Shown: in pieces, positions 58,440-64,000 of the stretch
Numbering within the stretch: position 1 is the stretch's first letter
Layout of the letters: each line of letters begins with the position of its first letter
Assembly: GCA_963741955.1 (NCBI GenBank)
Contig: CAVUKB010000005.1
Coordinates: 320,001 to 384,000 of the forward strand
Source: an uncultured Acidobacteriota bacterium
GTDB taxonomy: Bacteria; Acidobacteriota; Thermoanaerobaculia; Gp7-AA8
Direction of reading: 5' to 3'
Length of the DNA stretch: 64,000 nucleotides
Notes under the pieces: model-generated
Database searches by the model: none
What the model was told of the DNA's origin: nothing
What the model saw: the letters and a program-made list of their open reading frames with translations, nothing else
Program-made: the position numbers and the translations under genes

Positions 58440-59717
58440 TCACTTCGCGCAGGTCCGGAAACCTGCGAGCACGTCGTTCCGGTGGGGCTCGTAGAAGTTC
58501 CGCCAGGTGTTTCGCAACAGCCGCCCACGAGTGGTCCAGGCGCCCCCTCGAAGGGCTCGATGCGGTGACGCGAACCACGGTTCCGAATAGTCGCGGTACG
58601 GATCGGCGGCGAATCCGGGATACGGAAGAAACCGCGAGGACGTCCACTCCCAGACATTTCCGATCATCTGCCGCACTCCGTCGACCGTGTCACCCGCCGC
58701 AAATGCGCCGACATCCACCGGGCCGCCGGCGCTGCAGTCGACGTTGGCCCGGCTGGCGTCGGGCATCTCGTCGCCCCACGGCATCCGCCTCTTCTCTCCC
58801 CCGTTACCGCGCGACGCAGCGAGCTCCCACTCCGCCTCGGTCGGGAGCCGTCTTCCCTTCCATGCGCAGTACGCCTCCGCCTCGAATGCGTTCACGTGAA
58901 TGATCGGCCGGTGCTCCCGCACCGTTTCCCAGCGATCCCATCGTCTCTCCTCCCAGGAGCCATCGTGACCGTGACGCCAGTAAACCGGATGTCGCGCCGC
59001 CGCCGCGTCACGCCACACCCGTCCGTCCTCCGACCAATACGCATCGTTCGCATAGCCTCGCGCTTCGACGAATTCCGCGAACTCTCCGTTCGTGACCGCC
59101 GCACGCGCGATCCGGAATGCCGGAACGCTCACCCGATGCGCCCACTTCTCGTTGTCGAAGACGAATGACTCGCCGAGTGAGGCGCCGAGCATGAACTCCC
59201 CTCCCGGAATTTCGGCGTTTCCCGTCAACGGACCTGCATCCGCAACGGACGTCACCTCGAAGGGAGACGGAAGCCCGAGCGTCTGGCGCGTGTAGACGAA
59301 GGCTTCGTCGTGCATGTCTTCGTGGAAGAGAGCGAGCAGATGGAAGTAGCGGAGCTCGTCCGTCGGCTCTCGTATCTGCAGTTCGCTGATCACTCCGTCC
59401 AGAATGACCTGCAGATCCTCTAGCGTTTCCCCCAGGCCCGGCAGCGGAAGGCACCAGCGAGTGTCGTGAGGAATCGCCGACGAATCATACAGCTGGTCGG
59501 CGTTCGTTCGATGCGGTGGCCGGCCCCGGAGATTTCGGAGTGTCCACTTCTCCTGGAACCATCCCACATGACCGAGCTCCCACAACGGCGGGTTGACGAT
59601 GGGGATGCAGGGGACGTCGAGACTCTCCCGGCTCAGCGAGTGCGCCAGCCGGAGTGTCAGGCTCCGCGCATCACGCAGCGCGTCGATCAGATTCGAAGAA
59701 TCGACTTTCGAGATCAC
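58440..59717 (-). CDS. senA: Selenoneine synthase SenA (EgtB-like, DinB plus FGE-sulfatase)
   Basis: NPPLWELGHVGWFQE, FHEDMHDEA, RLPTEAEWE, GNVWEW; adjacent to senB. Confidence 0.82.
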   Translation of the reverse strand: MISKVDSSNLIDALRDARSLTLRLAHSLSRESLDVPCIPIVNPPLWELGHVGWFQEKWTLRNLRGRPPHRTNADQLYDSSAIPHDTRWCLPLPGLGETLEDLQVILDGVISELQIREPTDELRYFHLLALFHEDMHDEAFVYTRQTLGLPSPFEVTSVADAGPLTGNAEIPGGEFMLGASLGESFVFDNEKWAHRVSVPAFRIARAAVTNGEFAEFVEARGYANDAYWSEDGRVWRDAAAARHPVYWRHGHDGSWEERRWDRWETVREHRPIIHVNAFEAEAYCAWKGRRLPTEAEWELAASRGNGGEKRRMPWGDEMPDASRANVDCSAGGPVDVGAFAAGDTVDGVRQMIGNVWEWTSSRFLPYPGFAADPYRDYSEPWFASPHRALRGGAWTTRGRLLRNTWRNFYEPHRNDVLAGFRTCAK

Positions 59718-59739
59718 GATGCGGCTATTCTATGTCCAG

Positions 59740-60693
59740 ATGCGGATCGTGATGACCTGTCCGGCGCCGCCGGGCTCCCGTCTCGGAAACCGGATCACCG
59801 CTTCCCGGTGGAGAGGGATTCTCCGCAGCCTCGGTCACGACGTCCGCATCGTCGACCAGTTCCGGCGCGGTCCGGCGGACCTCCTCATCGCGCTCCACGC
59901 GCGGCGGAGCGCTCCCTCGGTCGAGCGATTCGCGGAACGAATGCCGGGCAAGCCGATCGTCGTCGCGCTCACCGGCACCGATCTTTACCGCGACATCCAC
60001 ACGGATGCGTCGGCGCAACGTTCCCTCCAGCTTGCCGATGCTCTCGTCGTCCTCCAGCCTGCCGGCATCGAAGCGCTTCCGCCCTCGGTGCGCCCGAAGA
60101 GCCGGGTGATTCGCCAGTCGGCAAAGCTCGCGCACGAACGCCGTCGCTCGACCAGGAATCATCTCGACTTCGCGTTCGCCGCGCACGTACGCCCGGAGAA
60201 GGATCCTCTCACACTGATCCGCGCCCTCTCGCTCCTTCCGACAGAATCGAAGATCCGGGTCCTCCACGCGGGCCGCTCGCTCGACGACCAGCTGATGCAG
60301 CAGCTCATCGCCGCGGAGTCGTCCCGCTATGTCTGGCTCGGCGAGCTGTCGCAGTGGAAGAGCCGGCGACTGATCGCGAGCTGCCACGGCCTGGTGCTCA
60401 CTTCGTTGATGGAAGGTGGTGCCAACGTGCTCTCCGAAGCAATCGTGGCGAAGACTCCGATTCTCTCTTCACGCATCGACAGCTCGGTCGCGATCCTGGG
60501 ACGCGACTATCCGGGGTTCTTCGAAGTACGCGATGCGGAGGGCTTGAAAAACGCTTTACTGCGGTTCGAGATGGAGCCGGAGTACCGCGCGAGACTGGAA
60601 ACGCACGTCGAGAAGCTCGCCCCCGAAGTCCGGCCGCAGCGTGAAGCCGAGAGCTGGAGAGAGCTGCTCGCGACGTTGACGGACTCGCTCTGA
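59740..60693 (+). CDS. senB: Selenosugar synthase SenB (TIGR04348-type glycosyltransferase)
   Basis: GNRITASRW, IALHARRS, LTGTDLY, SLMEGGANVLSEA. Confidence 0.85.
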   Translation: MRIVMTCPAPPGSRLGNRITASRWRGILRSLGHDVRIVDQFRRGPADLLIALHARRSAPSVERFAERMPGKPIVVALTGTDLYRDIHTDASAQRSLQLADALVVLQPAGIEALPPSVRPKSRVIRQSAKLAHERRRSTRNHLDFAFAAHVRPEKDPLTLIRALSLLPTESKIRVLHAGRSLDDQLMQQLIAAESSRYVWLGELSQWKSRRLIASCHGLVLTSLMEGGANVLSEAIVAKTPILSSRIDSSVAILGRDYPGFFEVRDAEGLKNALLRFEMEPEYRARLETHVEKLAPEVRPQREAESWRELLATLTDSL

Positions 60694-60732
60694 TCGTGCC
60701 CGTGAATACGGGCTCGGGTCCGGTGCGATGGA

Positions 60733-62079
60733 TCAATACCGCGCCACCAGCGAGATCGAGGCCGTATCGACCGAGCGCGACGTGTCGTATGCCGCATCGA
60801 TCTGGAAGTGATCCATCGCGACTCCCAGGCCCACCGAGTAATGGTTCTCGGAGTCTGCACCCGGAAACAGAATCTTCGCTGCGACATTGTGCGGCGTCGT
60901 GAGCGGCCCGTTGAACGCGATGGAGTGGGCCGGATCGTGCCACCATCCCGCGCGAACCGCCACCGGAGTCGAAGTCGGGAGGAAGTACTCCGCGCCGAAG
61001 CGGATCTCGGTGCCGTCTTTCACACCGTATCCTCGAACCGCTTCGATCGCTCCCGGTTCGTCGGTCGCATATTCGATGACCGATACGAACTGGTCGGTGA
61101 GGTTCGAATACTTCACTCTGACCACGTCGGCATTCAACGTCAGCACGTCTACCGGACGCCAGGAAACTCCCACGCCCGCGGTGTCCGGGACATGAAACCG
61201 GGTGACCTTCACCAGGTCGAGCTGCACGTTCGACGGATCCGTCACCAGCGTCGCGAATACCGGCGCGGAGAAACTCGCGCCACGACGGTATATCGCACCC
61301 GCGCTGAGCTCACGGGAGAGGTCGACCTTCGCCCCCAGCATGAAAGTGACATCGGCGTTCTTGCGGTCGCCGGACATTCTCCCGCCGTTCATCTGAGCCA
61401 CGATGAATGTCGGTTGTCCCTCGACGTCCAGATCGGTGCGGTACGTGTACGCAATCTCACTCAACTGGTTGTAAGCGACACTTCCACCTAACGAGAGCCT
61501 TTCGGAGCGCCAGGCCGCACTCACCCCGAATGTTCGAAGATCGAGGTCGACTGCGGTGGAGTACGGATAAATACGGTAGGCCTGACATCCGGGGTCGTTC
61601 GCACACGCGTCCGCGGACACTGGACCGGATTCGCCGAGGTAGAACGAAGGCGTTCCGAAACGGTTGCTGAGATCGACGGAGTGAGAGAAATGGAGGGGAC
61701 GGTGGAAGTAGACGCCGTAAGCGGCGTTGCCGGCGGGAATCACCAGGCTGGCGAACGACAGGTCACGGCCGCGAGCCGGGAAATCCGCACTCGTGACGTA
61801 GGGAAATGTCCCACCGGTACGGAAACTCTGCGAGATGGACGTATCGCGCGCCTCGATCGAGATCTCCGGCTTGCGCAGCGCCGTGAGACCGGCCGGATTT
61901 CCCACCGCGGCAGAGGCGTCGTCGGCGCGGCCGATGAACGCTCCTCCCATGGCGAGCGCACGTGCTCCGGGATTGGCGAAGCTGAACTGGAGTCCGGCCA
62001 GAGCTTCGATGTCGTTGTTCTGCGCGAAGACGACCGGAGAGAGAGCCAGACAGGCGACGAATACCAGCGTTCTCTTCAT
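60733..62079 (-). CDS. OmpP1/FadL-like outer-membrane protein
   Basis: Signal peptide, PGARALAMGGAF...DDASA...NPAGL. Confidence 0.85.
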   Translation of the reverse strand: MKRTLVFVACLALSPVVFAQNNDIEALAGLQFSFANPGARALAMGGAFIGRADDASAAVGNPAGLTALRKPEISIEARDTSISQSFRTGGTFPYVTSADFPARGRDLSFASLVIPAGNAAYGVYFHRPLHFSHSVDLSNRFGTPSFYLGESGPVSADACANDPGCQAYRIYPYSTAVDLDLRTFGVSAAWRSERLSLGGSVAYNQLSEIAYTYRTDLDVEGQPTFIVAQMNGGRMSGDRKNADVTFMLGAKVDLSRELSAGAIYRRGASFSAPVFATLVTDPSNVQLDLVKVTRFHVPDTAGVGVSWRPVDVLTLNADVVRVKYSNLTDQFVSVIEYATDEPGAIEAVRGYGVKDGTEIRFGAEYFLPTSTPVAVRAGWWHDPAHSIAFNGPLTTPHNVAAKILFPGADSENHYSVGLGVAMDHFQIDAAYDTSRSVDTASISLVARY

Positions 62080-62406
62080 CTCACGACTCCTCCGTTCTGA
62101 GAAAGAGTAGCGAGACCGTGCCGGTGGGATCTGTGACGAAAGGCCGGTGCCGGTGTGACCCCCTCCGCGCTCCAGTATCGGAAGGATACGACGCTCGCGC
62201 GCCGGCCGATCCGAATCGCCTGATCGGATGGGGATGGGTGGTCGCGTCGATGCGCAACTTCGAAAGCCAGTTCGATGACCAATGGCTCGCCGCGGTCGGC
62301 GCAACACCCCTGGAAGAAAGGTTCGTCTGGTATGCGCGCGATGTGGATGCGCTGGCGATCAGCTTCGATCCGTGCCGCTGAGCACCCACATCTCGCGCCT
62401 GCCTGC

Positions 62407-63636
62407 TCAGCGCCCGCGCCGGCGATTCTCGCGCTGCGGCCGGCGTGGCCGCGGGGGGGCGGCAGGACGCCGGAACGGAACGACCACCGAGGTCGATGAC
62501 GGGGCCGAAGGACGAACCATGATCCCTGCGACTACCTTCTTCGGAATTCCGCGCCTGAGGAACTTCTCGAGCGTGCGGAGATTCTCTTCGTCATCAGCGG
62601 TGACGAAGCTCAGCGCATCACCGATGGCGTGCGCCCGGCCGGTACGACCGATGCGATGGACGTAGTCCTCCGGCTGCGGCGGAAAGTCGTAGTTGACTAC
62701 ATGCGAGATGCCGTCGACGTCGATTCCACGCGCCGCGATGTCCGTCGCCACGAGGACGCGGACCGCACCGGAACGAAACTTCTTCAGGGCCTGCAGGCGC
62801 TGACCCTGGGTGCGGTTCGAATGGAGCGTCGCCGTGGTGATTCGGGCCTGCTCGAGCTTCCGCGCGATCTTGTCGGCGCCATGCTTGGTCCGCGAGAAAA
62901 CCAGGACCATCTCCAGCGCTTCATCGCGGAGAAGGTGGATCAGCATCTCGATCTTCTGCTCCTTCGAAACGTGGATCACGTGCTGGCTCACCGCCTCGGC
63001 GGGCGTGGAGCGGCGGCCGATCTCGACCGTCACCGGATTGTGGACGAACTCCGCGGCGATGCTCTCGATCTCTTTCGACATCGTGGCGGAGAAGAGAAGG
63101 CCCTGTCGCTTCTTCGGGAGCGCCTGAACGATCCTGCGGATCGGCGGAAGAAAGCCCATGTCGAGCATCCGGTCCGCTTCGTCGAGCACGACGAACTGCA
63201 GGTCGGCAAACGAGACGTGACCCTGCTGCATCAGGTCGATCAGCCGGCCCGGCGTTGCGACCACCAGGTCGACTCCGCGCCGGAGGGCAGCGATCTGCGG
63301 ACGCTCGCCGACGCCGCCGTAGACGGTGGCGAAGCGGAGCGATAGATGGCGCGCATAGTTCCGGACGTTCTCGTCGATCTGGGTGACCAGCTCGCGCGTC
63401 GGCGCGATGACCAGCGCGCGCATTCCGCGGCGCGATGGCGTACGGGAGAGGTGTTCGAGCATCGGGAGGACGAACGCGGCCGTCTTTCCGGTGCCGGTCT
63501 GGGCGACTCCGACGACGTCACGTCCTTCGAGAATGGGGGGAATGGCTTTCGCCTGGATCGGCGTCGGTTCGACGTATCCGGCGTCCTGGACTGCGCGGAT
63601 GAGTTTCGGCCCGAGGCCGAGCGATTGAAATGGCAT
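62407..63636 (-). CDS. DEAD-box RNA helicase (RhlE-like)
   Basis: AQTGTGKT, PTREL, DEAD, SAT, ARGID, HRIGRTGR. Confidence 0.96.
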   Translation of the reverse strand: MPFQSLGLGPKLIRAVQDAGYVEPTPIQAKAIPPILEGRDVVGVAQTGTGKTAAFVLPMLEHLSRTPSRRGMRALVIAPTRELVTQIDENVRNYARHLSLRFATVYGGVGERPQIAALRRGVDLVVATPGRLIDLMQQGHVSFADLQFVVLDEADRMLDMGFLPPIRRIVQALPKKRQGLLFSATMSKEIESIAAEFVHNPVTVEIGRRSTPAEAVSQHVIHVSKEQKIEMLIHLLRDEALEMVLVFSRTKHGADKIARKLEQARITTATLHSNRTQGQRLQALKKFRSGAVRVLVATDIAARGIDVDGISHVVNYDFPPQPEDYVHRIGRTGRAHAIGDALSFVTADDEENLRTLEKFLRRGIPKKVVAGIMVRPSAPSSTSVVVPFRRPAAPPRPRRPQRENRRRGR

Positions 63637-63829
63637 TGCAGAGCTCCTGTCTTTTGATATGGATCAACTCTGCAGCGGATTTCAGTGGCCGCGAGCTGTG
63701 CGGCCCGGCGGGCTAACAGCAGAACAGAGGTGAGACGAAGGTGGGAACGCGGGCCGCCCCTGATTTATTCGCGCCCCTCCCCTCGGCGGCCCCTGTTGCT
63801 GCTCTGCAGCCGATTCGAGGCCCGGCCGG

Positions 63830-64000
63830 TCAGATGTCGCGGATCCGATCGAGCGTGACCGGGCGGACATAGGAGCCGAGAAGCGTGCGGATCCACCACG
63901 CGCCGCTCTCCTTCTTTTCCTCCCGGGTCGTGAAACGGTATTCGTAATAGAGCGCGCGCACGTGTCGCGGCGGCGTCCCCTCGAATGGATCGTGACGGAT
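63830..64000 (-). CDS. Lipase maturation factor family protein, C-terminal fragment (not in ORF track)
   Basis: Manual translation IRHDPFEGTPPRHVRALYYEYRFTT...GAWWIRTLLGSY, TGA at 63830-63832. Confidence 0.75.
   Translation of the reverse strand: MRHDPFEGTPPRHVRALYYEYRFTTREEKKESGAWWIRTLLGSYVRPVTLDRIRDI

Noticed and set aside
62118-62381. Short + strand ORF ending CR-TGA as a selenoprotein near senAB
   Set aside because: No recognisable family, start signal or SECIS-like hairpin; at most a gene remnant.

Overview
GC-rich bacterial chromosome segment. The gene content (GWxTD protein, TPR-TonB-ExbB-ExbD-ExbD operon) suggests Acidobacteriota, but this is inference only. It contains: (i) a metal/envelope island at 1-13.3 kb with a TolC-MFP-RND pump co-transcribed with an exported metallophosphoesterase and a beta-barrel, plus a CusRS-like two-component system, a lipoprotein and a PAP2 phosphatase; (ii) a RAYT/TnpA(Y1)-type HUH nuclease with a C-terminal DnaA-like HTH, flanked by inward-facing irregular arrays of GGGTCAGAGC, with two transposase-free arrays of the same motif at ~0.4-0.9 kb and ~21.5-21.8 kb; (iii) an intact IS1182-family element and two MITE families that stack at CTAG sites, often at TAG stop codons; (iv) housekeeping genes (hemW, trxA, ribBA, thiolase/hbd/crotonase, leucine-catabolism-like genes, LeuA-like synthase, tRNA-Leu(CAA), DEAD-box helicase); (v) envelope modules (an active plus a Cys-less L,D-transpeptidase, M23 peptidase-bactofilin); (vi) divergent selenoneine genes senA/senB next to an uncharacterised membrane protein plus mini P-loop NTPase pair. 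The strongest candidate for an undescribed system is the RAYT with its locus-tagged GGGTCAGAGC repeat/spacer arrays. All calls come from reading motifs by eye; no searches were run.
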